Notes: generated by a model not told the origin, from the letters alone. 32,000 nt of DNA from Promethearchaeota archaeon (GCA_048938105.1 JBHLMN010000014.1:111839-143838), one strand, 5' to 3'. Shown: positions 1 through 10,186, counted from the first letter of the stretch. Made by a program: numbers and translations.

Positions 1-945
1 ACATATTGTAAAAAGCATTTCACAGACTTAATTGAGGATCGAGTAAGAAAGACCATTAATCAATATAATATGTTGAATAGAGATGATCACATTGGTTTGG
101 GGTATTCGGGGGGGAAAGACAGCACAGTTCTCCTTAATATACTCTTTAAGTTTAAAAAACGATTTTCTCAGTGTAATTTGACCGCATTGACTATTGATGA
201 AGGCATTAAAGGATATCGAGATGAATGTTTAGAACTTACTCGGAAAATTACTGAGAAATATCATATTCCTCATGTTATAATATCCTTCAAGGATATTTAT
301 GGTGTAACACTAGATCAAATAGTGGAAAAAAGCCTTTCTAAGAAACATGCATTATCTGCTTGTTCAATTTGTGGTATCCTACGTCGTAGGGCTTTAAATT
401 ATGCAGCTCGACGGATTAATGCCACAAAAATTGCCACTGCACATAATTTAGATGACGAAGCACAATCAATTCTGCTGAACCTGTTACGAGGAGATTCAAA
501 TAAATTCATTCGTTTTTCTCGTTTTCCTATTCAAAAGTTTCAGACCTTAATCCCTCGTATACGACCGTTTGTACGAATATCTGAACCAGAAATCGTCCTC
601 TATGCATATGCAAAAGATTTGGAGTATCATTCATACCCTTGTCCTTATGCTTTTTCTGCTATGCGAAACAACATCAGGACATTTCTTTCCGAAATGGAGG
701 AAAAACGCCCTAGTACTTTACGAAATATAGTGAATCTTCATGATTCCGTCTCTCAATATTTCCCTCAAGTACATAAGCTTGAAGCCCCATTTTTATGTCA
801 GAACTGTGGTGAAGTTTCCACACATGAAATTTGTCCGATATGTAAGCTCTTAGATGATCTTGGGTTTGAAAATAGACTGAAATCTGAGGAATCTCTCAAT
901 CCTCACCCACAGTCAGATATTTTTGATCACTCTCGATCCTTTTAA
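1..945 (+). CDS. PP-loop ATPase, tRNA 2-thiolation protein (NcsA/Ncs6/TtuA family); 5' end lies outside the window
   Basis: Frame 1 is open from nt 1 (TYCKKHFTDLIEDRV... precedes the first Met at 70), so the N-terminus is upstream of the window. It has the SGGKDS PP-loop motif, CSICGILRRRAL and AHNLDDEAQ motifs, and a C-terminal Cys pair CQNCGE...CPIC. These are typical of Ncs6/NcsA/TtuA thiouridine synthetases. Confidence 0.8.
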   Translation, partial: TYCKKHFTDLIEDRVRKTINQYNMLNRDDHIGLGYSGGKDSTVLLNILFKFKKRFSQCNLTALTIDEGIKGYRDECLELTRKITEKYHIPHVIISFKDIYGVTLDQIVEKSLSKKHALSACSICGILRRRALNYAARRINATKIATAHNLDDEAQSILLNLLRGDSNKFIRFSRFPIQKFQTLIPRIRPFVRISEPEIVLYAYAKDLEYHSYPCPYAFSAMRNNIRTFLSEMEEKRPSTLRNIVNLHDSVSQYFPQVHKLEAPFLCQNCGEVSTHEICPICKLLDDLGFENRLKSEESLNPHPQSDIFDHSRSF

Positions 946-1177
946 TCATCCGTTGATTCTTTTTAATAGATTGAATGTGGATTAAACCTTTTATTTCTAA
1001 TTTCATTAAAGCTCGGTTCAATTCTCGTTCAGAGAATTCTCCAACATCGTTTTTAAGCAAACGAATCAAATCATCTTCTAATAGTACGCCTTCACGTCGT
1101 TCTACAATATTCATGATTGAAAATGTCAATGGGAATGGTCTCCAATAAGGATCTTTATTTACCACGATCTTTGTCAC
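896..1177 (-). CDS. small hypothetical protein (93 aa), possibly winged-helix-like
   Basis: The ORF has a GTG start. Its composition looks protein-like (LLEDDLIRLLKND...SERELNRALMKLEIKGLIHIQS), but I recognise no motif. It overlaps the convergent upstream gene by 50 nt. Confidence 0.4.
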   Translation of the reverse strand: MTKIVVNKDPYWRPFPLTFSIMNIVERREGVLLEDDLIRLLKNDVGEFSERELNRALMKLEIKGLIHIQSIKKNQRMIKRIESDQKYLTVGED

Positions 1178-1427
1178 CTTTTATTTTTTGTCAGAGATAA
1201 CAATATTGAAATAGGAGCGATATTAGGGGTATATCCATTTGGTAGAGAATTGATTCGATTGAGGTGAACACCTTGATGAGAAAAATATAATTGAGTTCAA
1301 GATTATTCATCTAATGAATTTTTTGGTAGATTCAATTATTCTCTCTTGAAAATATACTTAAGATCATCTTCTAAGCAATAGTAATTGGAAGTCCTCGTAA
1401 CTAGTCATAAAAGCATTAACGAGCATA

Positions 1428-4400
1428 TTATCCAAATAGGGGAACAGTTGGTTGAGAACCAAGAGCTATTCTTCGTCTGAATTGAGATTCTTGATTTTCA
1501 TACCATTTCATCATTTCTGGAGTGCAGGAGGAATGAACTCTCGACAGAGAGGACTCAAAATGCCGCCATTCAACAATATTGGTATCTAAACCTTCACGAA
1601 GAGCTATCATACCAGCTTCGCGGCATATAGCTTCAAGATCAGCTCCTACATAATATTCTGTTTCCTTTGCCAGCCGATCTAGATTTACATCTTCAGCTAG
1701 TGGCATATTCTTTGTATGGATGTCTAATATTAACTTGCGACTTTCTTCATCAGGAGGAGGGATGTAAACAACACGATCAAATCTTCCAGGTCTGAGAAGA
1801 GCGGGGTCAATCATATCTGGACGATTTGTAGCTGCTAGCACCACAACATCTCTTAAAGGTTCTATTCCAGCTAATTCAGTTAGAAGTTGGCTGATGACTC
1901 GTTCATTTACCCCAGAAGAGTCACCAGTTCCTCTTCGGGTAGCAACAGCGTCAATTTCATCGAAAAATACAAGGGCTGGCGAGGCAGTTCGTGCTTTACG
2001 AAAAACTTCTCGAACTGCTTTTTCACTTTCCCCAACCCATTTTGATAAGAGTTCGGGACCTTTTACACTGATAAAGTTCACTTGGCTTTCTGTTGCTAAG
2101 GCTTTAGCTAAAAGAGTTTTTCCAGTTCCAGGTGCTCCAAATAAAAGAACAGCTCGAGGAGGATTTATCCCTAATCGTTGGAAACTACTTTTTTGCCTTA
2201 GGGGCCATTCGACAATTTCAATGAGTTCCTGTTTGATGGAGTCCATCCCACCAATATTCTCCCATTTCACGTTAGGAACCTCAATAAATACCTCTCTAAT
2301 TGCAGAAGGATGGATCTCCTTTAGAGCATCCTCAAAATGGCGATCCTCCACCTTTAGATTATCAAGAACAGTCGGTGGGATGGTATCCTCGCTTAGATTG
2401 ATCTCAGGTAAGATTTCTCGCAGCTTTTTCATTGCAGCTTCACGTCCTAATGCTGCAAGATCCGCACCAACAAACCCATGTGTTATAACTGCAAGTTTTT
2501 CTGTATCCACATCTTCTATTCCTGGCATCCTTCTCGTGTGAATCTGAAGGATTTCTAAGCGTTCATTTTTGTCGGGAACCCCAATTTCAATTTCACGATC
2601 AAAACGTCCAGGTCGACGTAAAGCAGGATCGACTGCATTGGGCCGATTGGTCGCTCCAATAACAATTGTTTCTCCACGGCTTTCCAATCCATCCATCAGG
2701 GCTAAAATTTGTGCAACAACACGTCGTTCGACTTCACCAGTGACTTCCTCTCGTTTAGGAGCAATAGCGTCGATTTCATCAATAAATACTATACTTGGCG
2801 CGTTATCTTCAGCTTCTTTGAATATCTCGCGTAGTCTGGCTTCGCTATTATGCACTAATAATCCGTTTGCAATAAAATTATGGTGTTTTGGTACTTCAAA
2901 ATCATATACATGCGCTTGACTTCGTTCAATTCGTCGAATTGGTGTCCATATTACTTTCAAATCTAGTAAGTAGTTGATTTTGTCAAGTAAGATACTATCT
3001 AAGCCTTTTTCTTTGAATATAATATATGCTTTACGCAGTTGTTCAATAGTTAACCCTTTAACAGCAGGATTAATCCCATTTCGTAATAATTCTCTATGTC
3101 CAATATTCGCTTTTTTAGCATTCTTGTATATCCACTTAGCTATAGGGATTCTATCATAAGTAGGACGAGAATATTCTCTTTCGATTTTACTCATCATTTT
3201 TTCTCGTTTCCTCTGATGGATAAATGAAATATACTTCTTAAAATTCTCTATTGATGAATTATTTGATATAAACAATCTCCAAGTTCCATCTCTCTTTCTG
3301 TGAGAAATAGTCGAGAGAATATCAAACCTAAGAAGACAGAGCTTGATACCTTGGATTAGCTTTCTGCTTTTTGAAGTATATGTGATTTGAATACTCCTTT
3401 TTTCAGGATTCTTCTCCGAAATAAATTGTACTCCACCATCAGAATCAAATAATCCCCGCAAATAGGACTTTAATAATTTTATAGGTGTATTTATTACGTA
3501 ATGAGGAACAGTTACGGTTTCTGACTTTTTAGAAACAGGCAATCCTAAGTTATGTAGGAGATCACCAATAGGTCGTGAATTAAAGTAATACGAATAATCA
3601 GCTTTAGAATATTCGTGAGGAGTAATATTGAAAGTATTTTTTATCGCTTTAATATACTGATTTTTAACAGCTTCATCTTTTGATGTTAAAATTATTTGAG
3701 TAACAGTTCCGTATGAATGTGAATATCTAAGATGACCGTCTCCAGTAAGTAAGCCAAGTATATACATAAAATCTTCAGTCATATAAAGAGGGACTTTTCT
3801 ATTATGTTCCAAATATAAATCGTATTGATCATCAACGGGATATAATGAAAAAAGCTTTTTTACATATAAAGCAGGAATTTTCCCTTTAGAATACTTTAGG
3901 GTTTCAAATTTCCTCTTATTAATCCCTAATTCTTTTGCATACTCTCCACTTTTTCCGTATTCTGACATATTTGAAAATAGATTTTTAACAAGTTCGCCAC
4001 AAATGAGAGTATTGTCCTTCAGACTATTGAGAACTAGTGGTGTTTTCGTATCTATAATCCTTAACGTTCTAGGACTAGCAATTTGATCTCCAACCTTTAA
4101 TTCATCTGCGTAGATCCAATTTAATTCTCCATCATACAGAGTCAGAAACCTTGAAGAAGGTGTAACCTCAAGTTGTCCATGTGGAGTTGTTATCTTTAAT
4201 GTGATTTGGGTTCCTTTGTCAAATAATTCTTTCACAGGTAGAAGGTTTATCTCTCCGGTATCAAAATTCAATCCTGCAATCGAATGGACTTTCCCATTTT
4301 GGATTGTCTTTCCAATGGATTTCAATCCGTTTCCATTTGTAAAAACCAAAGAATCTTTAGCGACACATTCACCGTAGAACTTAGACATGATTTCAGGCCC

Positions 4401-5144
4401 TTGAATAGGAATGAAATGGGCCTCTGATTCATTAGCAACTGCTTTAGCAATGAGTGTTTTACCTGTTCCTGGGGGTCCGTGTAATAAAACTCCTTTAGGT
4501 GGATCAATTCCCAATTTTTTAAAGAGTTCAGGATGTTTCAAAGGTAATTCAACCATTTCACGAATTCGTTGAATTGCATCTGATAAACCACCAATATCCT
4601 CATAGCTTACCCCTGGCATTCCAGTTTCAATTTCAGAAACTGGTTTTTCTGAAACATTAAGTTTTGTTGTATCAGTGATTAATACAATATCTGTTGGAGT
4701 TGTTGAATTCACAACAAATGGTATAGATCTACCTAGAATAGGGATGAGAACCGTATCATTCTTGGAAACAGGATATCCTAACAATTTTCGTTTTACAAAG
4801 GCTTCAAAACCATAATCGAGGGAAATTTGGCGAGTTGGTGCAATATTGACCGTTTTGGCTACTTTTATCTGGGCTTTTTGGATCCGAACATTCTCTTCTA
4901 ACGATACCTTGGCATTCCTACGAATTATTCCATCCATTCGTACAATACCAGCTCCCTGATCTTCAATGTAAGCAGGCCAAGCGATAGCTCCTGTTTTTTG
5001 CCTTCCTTTAATCTCGACAACGTCACCAGTTGTGATACCAATTTCTCGCATATTGATATCATCCATACGGATTTTTCCCCGTCCCACATCACGTTGTCTC
5101 GCCTCGGCAACCTTTAATACAACTTCCTTTGCCAATATCCTCAA
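1428..5144 (-). CDS. cdc48: CDC48/VCP/p97-type double AAA+ ATPase, interrupted in frame by an intein (731 aa after splicing)
   Basis: It has a CDC48 N-domain ([25 protein letters not shown]). Walker A is GPPGTGKT in D1 and GAPGTGKT in D2. Walker B is IVFIDEID in D1 and LVFFDEID in D2. A second region of homology carries RPGRFDR in both halves. Confidence 0.95.
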   Translation of the reverse strand: MRILAKEVVLKVAEARQRDVGRGKIRMDDINMREIGITTGDVVEIKGRQKTGAIAWPAYIEDQGAGIVRMDGIIRRNAKVSLEENVRIQKAQIKVAKTVNIAPTRQISLDYGFEAFVKRKLLGYPVSKNDTVLIPILGRSIPFVVNSTTPTDIVLITDTTKLNVSEKPVSEIETGMPGVSYEDIGGLSDAIQRIREMVELPLKHPELFKKLGIDPPKGVLLHGPPGTGKTLIAKAVANESEAHFIPIQGPEIMSKFYGECVAKDSLVFTNGNGLKSIGKTIQNGKVHSIAGLNFDTGEINLLPVKELFDKGTQITLKITTPHGQLEVTPSSRFLTLYDGELNWIYADELKVGDQIASPRTLRIIDTKTPLVLNSLKDNTLICGELVKNLFSNMSEYGKSGEYAKELGINKRKFETLKYSKGKIPALYVKKLFSLYPVDDQYDLYLEHNRKVPLYMTEDFMYILGLLTGDGHLRYSHSYGTVTQIILTSKDEAVKNQYIKAIKNTFNITPHEYSKADYSYYFNSRPIGDLLHNLGLPVSKKSETVTVPHYVINTPIKLLKSYLRGLFDSDGGVQFISEKNPEKRSIQITYTSKSRKLIQGIKLCLLRFDILSTISHRKRDGTWRLFISNNSSIENFKKYISFIHQRKREKMMSKIEREYSRPTYDRIPIAKWIYKNAKKANIGHRELLRNGINPAVKGLTIEQLRKAYIIFKEKGLDSILLDKINYLLDLKVIWTPIRRIERSQAHVYDFEVPKHHNFIANGLLVHNSEARLREIFKEAEDNAPSIVFIDEIDAIAPKREEVTGEVERRVVAQILALMDGLESRGETIVIGATNRPNAVDPALRRPGRFDREIEIGVPDKNERLEILQIHTRRMPGIEDVDTEKLAVITHGFVGADLAALGREAAMKKLREILPEINLSEDTIPPTVLDNLKVEDRHFEDALKEIHPSAIREVFIEVPNVKWENIGGMDSIKQELIEIVEWPLRQKSSFQRLGINPPRAVLLFGAPGTGKTLLAKALATESQVNFISVKGPELLSKWVGESEKAVREVFRKARTASPALVFFDEIDAVATRRGTGDSSGVNERVISQLLTELAGIEPLRDVVVLAATNRPDMIDPALLRPGRFDRVVYIPPPDEESRKLILDIHTKNMPLAEDVNLDRLAKETEYYVGADLEAICREAGMIALREGLDTNIVEWRHFESSLSRVHSSCTPEMMKWYENQESQFRRRIALGSQPTVPLFG
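2847..4367 (-). mobile_element. Intein (507 aa) with LAGLIDADG homing-endonuclease domain inside CDC48 domain D1
   Basis: It starts with Cys (CVAKDSLV, codon 4365-4367) directly after the D1 motif SKFYGE. It ends ...NGLLVHN (Asn codon 2847-2849), followed by the +1 Ser of SEARLREIF. The uninterrupted D2 paralog motif [15 protein letters not shown] fixes the junction. Block B is TTPH. The two LAGLIDADG motifs are [10 protein letters not shown] and [11 protein letters not shown]. Blocks F/G are [18 protein letters not shown]. Confidence 0.9.
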
Positions 5145-5307
5145 CTTTATACATTAATTAACAAAGTATTGAACTCTTGTCTAGTTGTCCTGATTCTTGT
5201 TTAAAATTAGTTTCTATTTAATCCTATTAATATTACCTCTAGATGTCAGGAAAATTCTAATGCTTCATCACCCAGAAAATTTTTTAATACCTAAAAACAT
5301 TGTGAAA

Positions 5308-5595
5308 TTAATAATCAATGATTGTTTGAAGTTCAATTTCGCAATTGTCCACTTCTTCCAGAGCTATAAGACGATCCTCAAATTTTTGAAGTGTTTCAGT
5401 TCCTTCATCAGAGTCAGCTGTTTTTACGAAGAGTTTAATGGCATATAAGCCGAAAAAAAGGGGCTCCTCTTCGTTCTTAAGTATTTCTAAATTTAAGTCA
5501 CTTATTAAGTTGGTTTGGACGTGAGAAAGCACCTCATTGCGATTTACTTCTGGGGAAGTGGGAATTATCTTCAATATCGATAGAACATTAGACAT
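5308..5595 (-). CDS. ef1b: translation elongation factor aEF-1 beta
   Basis: The 95-aa size and the sequence pattern (VLSILKIIPTSPEVN..., EPLFFGLYAIKLFV, DSDEGTE, EVDNCEIE) match archaeal EF-1beta. It lies downstream of the usual Zn-ribbon gene. Confidence 0.85.
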   Translation of the reverse strand: MSNVLSILKIIPTSPEVNRNEVLSHVQTNLISDLNLEILKNEEEPLFFGLYAIKLFVKTADSDEGTETLQKFEDRLIALEEVDNCEIELQTIIDY

Positions 5596-5665
5596 AATTG
5601 AGCCTCAATTAGTTACATTTAAGACTAGCAGTTGAATAAACCGCATTATATTAAACAAAATGACA

Positions 5666-5848
5666 TTAAGGTCCTGAGAATCCACAATTAGGACAAGTAT
5701 ATCGGTTCCCCAATTTTCGACATCGTTCACAACGAATTATGGGGATCATTCCACAGGAAGGACAAGGAAATCGTGTTGTTCCATGTTGACTAGGCATAAC
5801 AGCAACTTGACAGGGATTACATCTTTGCATTCGGATGATTTCGCTCAT
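5666..5848 (-). CDS. small Zn-ribbon protein (four CxxC pairs), of the type conserved upstream of aEF-1beta
   Basis: The 60-aa protein carries CNPC, CPSC, CERC and CPNC. Its position immediately upstream of ef1b on the same strand is the conserved archaeal arrangement. Confidence 0.7.
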   Translation of the reverse strand: MSEIIRMQRCNPCQVAVMPSQHGTTRFPCPSCGMIPIIRCERCRKLGNRYTCPNCGFSGP

Positions 5849-6188
5849 TACAAGTACCTCAGTGTCTATTTGCCTCGCCTAAAGAAAGCATAATAAATTC
5901 TTCTCTTTGTTTCAATCCTTCCTCTAGTTTTCCTATCATTTTCTAGCTATAGATGAAAAGAGTATTCTCACAATTAAACCAGATGAATGAATTTAGTAAT
6001 GATGTAAACAAAAGCAATGGATGAATACGATTTATCAGTTGGATGTTCACGATCTAGCAAGATAGATTTATTTTAATAGAAAAAAACAAGAAAATGTTCT
6101 TCAAACAACATTCGAATTTAGGGATATTTTGGAGCTTAAAAATGACAGAGAGACATAAATTTTGTGAAAGTATAGACCTTTAATTTAA

Positions 6189-6617
6189 GTGATTAAATTG
6201 GCAACATATGAACATATCACCATTGATAGAGATGAAGAATCTTCATCTACAGAAAAGATTCAAAAGATATTAGATAGTCTAGGTGCAGTTCAAGGAGTGG
6301 AACAAGCACTTTTAGTAAGCGAAGAAGGATTTCCTATAATGTGTGCACGAACTACACCAATTTCCGAAGAAGTTGAAACATTGGTGTCTGCCATGGTCGC
6401 TGGAATTGTCAGTACTTTTGCTGGGGCTTGTGTTCAACTTAATTTGGGAAAGGAAATAAATTTCATCCATGTTCAGACCCCCCTTGGTTTAGGCTTAATC
6501 TCTAGTGTAGGGAGTACCATTCTCGTATTGATAACAAAACCCAAAGTCAAGCTTGGATTAATGCATTATCTTATTACTTCAACTAGGACTAAAATGTTAA
6601 AAGTGCGGGAATTTTAA
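6189..6617 (+). CDS. Roadblock/LC7 (MglB-like) domain protein
   Basis: The pattern ILDSLGAVQGVEQALLVSEEGFPI...VSAMVAGIVSTFAGA...INFIHVQTPLGLGLISSVGSTILVLI is typical of Roadblock/LC7. The start is GTG or TTG and is uncertain. Confidence 0.7.
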   Translation: MIKLATYEHITIDRDEESSSTEKIQKILDSLGAVQGVEQALLVSEEGFPIMCARTTPISEEVETLVSAMVAGIVSTFAGACVQLNLGKEINFIHVQTPLGLGLISSVGSTILVLITKPKVKLGLMHYLITSTRTKMLKVREF

Positions 6618-6766
6618 TTTAATCCCGACAAAACTTTCTCTTTGCCCTATTTTAATTTATTAGTTACTACAAAGACAAATCTTTTATTTTTCACTAGATG
6701 CCATTGATTATAAAGGAGAGAGTAAATGCAATCAATTGCAAAAATTCTGATTAGGATGAATCTTAT

Positions 6767-7228
6767 TTGCCATTATTAGAATCTAATTTAGTGTTACAAT
6801 CCGTTAAATGTGATAAAACAGGAGTCGAACCGATATGCGTTCTTTGTCCTGACTGTGAGGGCTGTGAAACGGCTCTTCGCGAGATTATTAATTTTAAAAA
6901 TGGTCAGTTAATTAGACAAGGCAATTCAGCTATTGCTTCCCTCAAACTTCGCTTCAATGATCCTGTTGAACAGTTTATTTTCGAACGAATTCGAAATGAG
7001 CTATGGCGAGATGCTGGATCGAGATTAAAAGTTATACGAGAACCAGAAGAAGGATACCAAATTTCATTTTTTCTCAATACAGAAATGGTAAAAACTGTAG
7101 AACAACGAGAAACTTTAATTGACTATTGGGAGAAATTCAGTATAAATATGCGGCGAATCTTAACAGATGGAAAAATGGTTATCAATAAATACGTTCGTAG
7201 TCGTGCTGAAGCTTCCCGTTTATCTTAA
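6767..7228 (+). CDS. hypothetical protein with N-terminal Cys cluster
   Basis: The ORF codes for 153 aa and there is no upstream in-frame ATG, so a TTG start is assumed. A Cys cluster CDKTGVEPICVLCPDCEGC suggests metal binding. I recognise no family. Confidence 0.45.
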   Translation: MPLLESNLVLQSVKCDKTGVEPICVLCPDCEGCETALREIINFKNGQLIRQGNSAIASLKLRFNDPVEQFIFERIRNELWRDAGSRLKVIREPEEGYQISFFLNTEMVKTVEQRETLIDYWEKFSINMRRILTDGKMVINKYVRSRAEASRLS

Positions 7229-7345
7229 TTTATGTAAAAACATCCAATTATGATATTTTTCATACTTAAGTATATTTTAACGACAAAATCTAATTTAAAA
7301 AGTCAAAATTTGATTTTAAAAAAAGGAAATGAAAAAGGAATTATT

Positions 7346-7786
7346 TTATGGGTTAAATTCTCTGGTTAAAGTCGAAGGTGTTGCTTTAGCATCATCAGTG
7401 GGTCTAAATGAGACTGTGACTCTCCACTTAGTTATTGTACCAGCGATTTCTTCATCAAAAGTATATTTTAATATGTCTCCCTGTCCAGCTTCAATTGAAA
7501 TTTCGGTAAAATCAAATTGTGCTTCTACCCATGTACCGTTATTTGCCTCAAGCTTAATATCTGTTATTGTCGCACTTTTGGTACCTGTACTCTTAATCTC
7601 AATTTTTGCTGTGCCATTAGTAAAAACAGGAGTTCCTTGAAATTCTATCTTCGTGCTTGTGGAGATCATTGGTATTATTACGAAAAATAACGCTGCACCT
7701 GCAGCGACTGCAAGTCCAATTAATAGAATTGCAGCTATAACGGGACTGACTGCACGCTTTTTATGATATAATCTTAGGATTTTCAT
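7346..7786 (-). CDS. archaeal type IV pilin-like protein (class III signal peptide)
   Basis: The N-terminus MKILRLYHKKRAVSPVIAAILLIGLAVAAGAALFFVI matches the archaeal pilin N-terminal signature: a basic stretch, then (G/A)VSPVI and a hydrophobic helix. The rest is Thr/Ser-rich and looks beta-structured. Confidence 0.75.
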   Translation of the reverse strand: MKILRLYHKKRAVSPVIAAILLIGLAVAAGAALFFVIIPMISTSTKIEFQGTPVFTNGTAKIEIKSTGTKSATITDIKLEANNGTWVEAQFDFTEISIEAGQGDILKYTFDEEIAGTITKWRVTVSFRPTDDAKATPSTLTREFNP

Positions 7787-7993
7787 TATGATTCATTCTC
7801 CGCTTTTTTTTTTTGATTTCAAAATGTCAGAAATTGACTTGTTGAAACATGTATTACATATTACTTAAACTTTTCATTATACTAATTTCTCAATATAGAA
7901 ATATATTACTTTAAAATTTGAAAAATTTTCAGGCATATCAGTTCTTACTAATAATAATGTGAATATTAAATTTGAATAAAAAAAACAGAATAT

Positions 7994-8503
7994 TTACAAT
8001 GTTGAGAGTAAAATACCAATATTTTGTCTTAATTTGGCCATTGTCTGTTCAAGGGTTTCAACCAAGACTCTTGTTTTTAATATCTCCATAAAGTTTAAAT
8101 CACCAAAATAGCGAGGTACAATGTGCCAATGTAAATGTTTTACACTTCCTCCTGCTGCATTTCCAATATTTAATCCAATATTAAAAGCTCTTGGTTGATG
8201 AGTGATTTTTAGTAATTTAATTCCTCGCTGTAATAATAAAGCAAGATGAGTGACTAAATCTGTCGGTACCTCTTCATAATGTTCATAATGTTCCAAAGGT
8301 GAAACCAAGAGATGTCCTGGATTATAAGGAAAACGATTGAGTAAAATCATGCTCTGATCATCACGAAAAAGTTCCCATGCTTCTATTCCTGCTGTTTTAT
8401 GGGTGATAGCGCAAAAAAAACACTGATTTGGATCTTTCTTTTGTTTAACATATTCAACTTTCCACGGGGCTGTAAGATAGGTACGAAACAATGGTTTTGG
8501 CAC
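7994..8503 (-). CDS. HIT-family nucleotide hydrolase/phosphorylase (Ap4A phosphorylase-like subgroup)
   Basis: It has the histidine triad HLHWHIVPRY followed by GDLNFM. The N-terminal APWKVEYV...CFFC and NRFPYNPGHLL motifs are characteristic of this HIT subgroup. Confidence 0.85.
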   Translation of the reverse strand: MPKPLFRTYLTAPWKVEYVKQKKDPNQCFFCAITHKTAGIEAWELFRDDQSMILLNRFPYNPGHLLVSPLEHYEHYEEVPTDLVTHLALLLQRGIKLLKITHQPRAFNIGLNIGNAAGGSVKHLHWHIVPRYFGDLNFMEILKTRVLVETLEQTMAKLRQNIGILLSTL

Positions 8504-8623
8504 AGAAATTCTCCTCTTTAGTGAGCTTTTGGCAATTAAAATATCTAATCTGTCTTCTCTGAACTTCTTTATTTACAGATTGCGGGATATTGGTTCGGAA
8601 AGATTTTTTTTATCTGAAGAGGA

Positions 8624-10141
8624 ATGTTGAAATGTCGGTGTAAGCAGAACATGGATTGCCAAAAACGAAAGTTTCACAGGCGAATAGCGATAAGAATATT
8701 TATTATAGTAGGATTTTTATTAATAAGTAATTTTATGCCAATTATGGAAGCAATAGGGAACGGAGAAACAGAAGAAGGTATAATAGCTGTTTTTTATGGT
8801 TCAGCTATGGATAAAAAGTTAAGTCAGGAGATGGTGAGGTTATCAGGGAGAGTAGCTAAGTATTACAACCTCTCTGTTGTCCAAGCTGATTCATCATTTG
8901 CATTTGACAATGAAAGTGTTACAGCCATATGGTGGGTCAACGAATTAGCTTTACCTATAGATTTGACATTTGTGGGCGACATTAGTGAATGGAAACTGAA
9001 TGGGAGAGGCATGTTTGTATTGAATCGTTATTTTAATGAGACTCCCCTCCAAGATTTATCACATCTAGGTATCGCTGCTTATGCCCCAGTTGTATATCCA
9101 CTTAATGGTTCATTCGCAAAACAAGAATTAAGCATAGTGGAGAATCAGTTGCCAATGCTTAATTTGAGTAAAACCATCTTTGATTTTAATGGTAGTACAG
9201 CATGGGTGGAGATGAATAGCCAATCTCAACTGCTAGCAGAGGTTACAACGCCCAAGGTAGACCCTATCTTGGAAGATCTAAAGTCAGGAATTTGGAAGGT
9301 AGACAATCGTGTGATTGTTTGCAGTTTCTCAATTGAAATGAATTTAGAAGTGGAAGAATCCAAGTTTAGGTTACTTGGGGTCGGATTAGAGGCACCAGAA
9401 AATGTGATTGAACTTTTAGGGCAACTTGCACAATTGACAATAGGAACCTTACCTTCAGGCCAAGAAGGAATTTATCCACAACTAGGAGGAGTAGACGAGA
9501 TAGCAGCAATTGGTATCGCTGTGATTGCAACCATTTTATCTGTTATCATATTGATTAAAATAGGAGTCTTTTCTAAAGTCCGCGAAATCGTGGTAGGAGT
9601 TTTTATGAGCCTGGTTTTATTTATAGCTCATATTACATACTCACCACAAAGACGACGAATCAATGAAACTGAACTTCTGGAAAATGAGTTGAGAAATCAA
9701 ATTGTAGAATATCTAGAGCTGAAAGGGGAACAGGGAGCTCATTTACGTGAGATTCAGCGGGAAGTTAAGTGTGGTATTTCTTCCTTGTTATGGCATTTAC
9801 AAGCATTAGATGACTTTAATTTAATAACCCATGAGAAAATTGGGAAGTATCATATTTTCTATTTAGTTGGTGCAAAATCTGTGCAAATATCAGAAATTGC
9901 CTTGGCATTAAAAAGTGATGTAGCGAAAGAACTCTGTCGTGTATTGATAAGGAAAGGAAAACCGTTACCACTGTCAAAAATTTCACAAGAAATCGATGTA
10001 CATCATTCTAGTGTACAACATCATATCAAGAAATTAGTTGAGTTAGGAATCATAATTACACTAAAAGAAAAAAAGCGATCAAAGTATATCATAGGCCCAA
10101 AGCGATTAACATGGTTGAAAAGCCATTTGGAGGCAGCCTAA
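8624..10141 (+). CDS. membrane-anchored protein: N-terminal TM, ~250-aa external domain, two TM helices, then two cytoplasmic winged-helix HTH domains
   Basis: Hydrophobic segments are IAIRIFIIVGFLLISNF, IAAIGIAVIATILSVIILIKIGVF and IVVGVFMSLVLFIAHI. Two ArsR/TrmB-like wHTH-looking repeats follow: RNQIVEYLELKGEQGAHLREIQREVKCGISSLLWHLQALDDFNLI, and AKELCRVLIRKGKPLPLSKISQEIDVHHSSVQHHIKKLVELGII. Confidence 0.65.
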   Translation: MLKCRCKQNMDCQKRKFHRRIAIRIFIIVGFLLISNFMPIMEAIGNGETEEGIIAVFYGSAMDKKLSQEMVRLSGRVAKYYNLSVVQADSSFAFDNESVTAIWWVNELALPIDLTFVGDISEWKLNGRGMFVLNRYFNETPLQDLSHLGIAAYAPVVYPLNGSFAKQELSIVENQLPMLNLSKTIFDFNGSTAWVEMNSQSQLLAEVTTPKVDPILEDLKSGIWKVDNRVIVCSFSIEMNLEVEESKFRLLGVGLEAPENVIELLGQLAQLTIGTLPSGQEGIYPQLGGVDEIAAIGIAVIATILSVIILIKIGVFSKVREIVVGVFMSLVLFIAHITYSPQRRRINETELLENELRNQIVEYLELKGEQGAHLREIQREVKCGISSLLWHLQALDDFNLITHEKIGKYHIFYLVGAKSVQISEIALALKSDVAKELCRVLIRKGKPLPLSKISQEIDVHHSSVQHHIKKLVELGIIITLKEKKRSKYIIGPKRLTWLKSHLEAA

Positions 10142-10186
10142 ACGAAAGCATACAACTATTCATTTAGGAAATCATGGCTCCTAGGT

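Noticed and set aside
896-945. Convergent gene overlaps (50 nt here between the NcsA-like and 93-aa genes; 26 nt at 21133-21158 between PTPS and mptE) as possible antisense regulation
   Set aside because: Both overlaps involve poorly conserved C-terminal tails. Short convergent overlaps are common in compact archaeal genomes. Nothing in the sequence indicates regulation.
1265-1325. Possible C/D-box sRNA (TGATGA at 1273-78 with downstream TGAG/TGAA) in the cdc48 downstream region
   Set aside because: There is no proper D box (CUGA) at the right spacing, no C'/D' pair, and no terminal stem. A single TGATGA in AT-rich DNA is expected by chance. A similar weak ATGATG near 6000 was rejected for the same reasons.
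1894-3159. Three plus-strand ORFs (215, 116 and 61 aa) inside the CDC48 locus
   Set aside because: They are antisense shadows of a well-supported 1238-aa gene. Their translations are low-complexity, Ser/Arg/Thr-rich and carry no motifs.
7329-7640. 103-aa plus-strand ORF overlapping the pilin gene
   Set aside because: It is antisense to an ORF with a clear class III signal peptide. It has no ribosome-binding site, and its hydrophobic composition mirrors the opposite strand.
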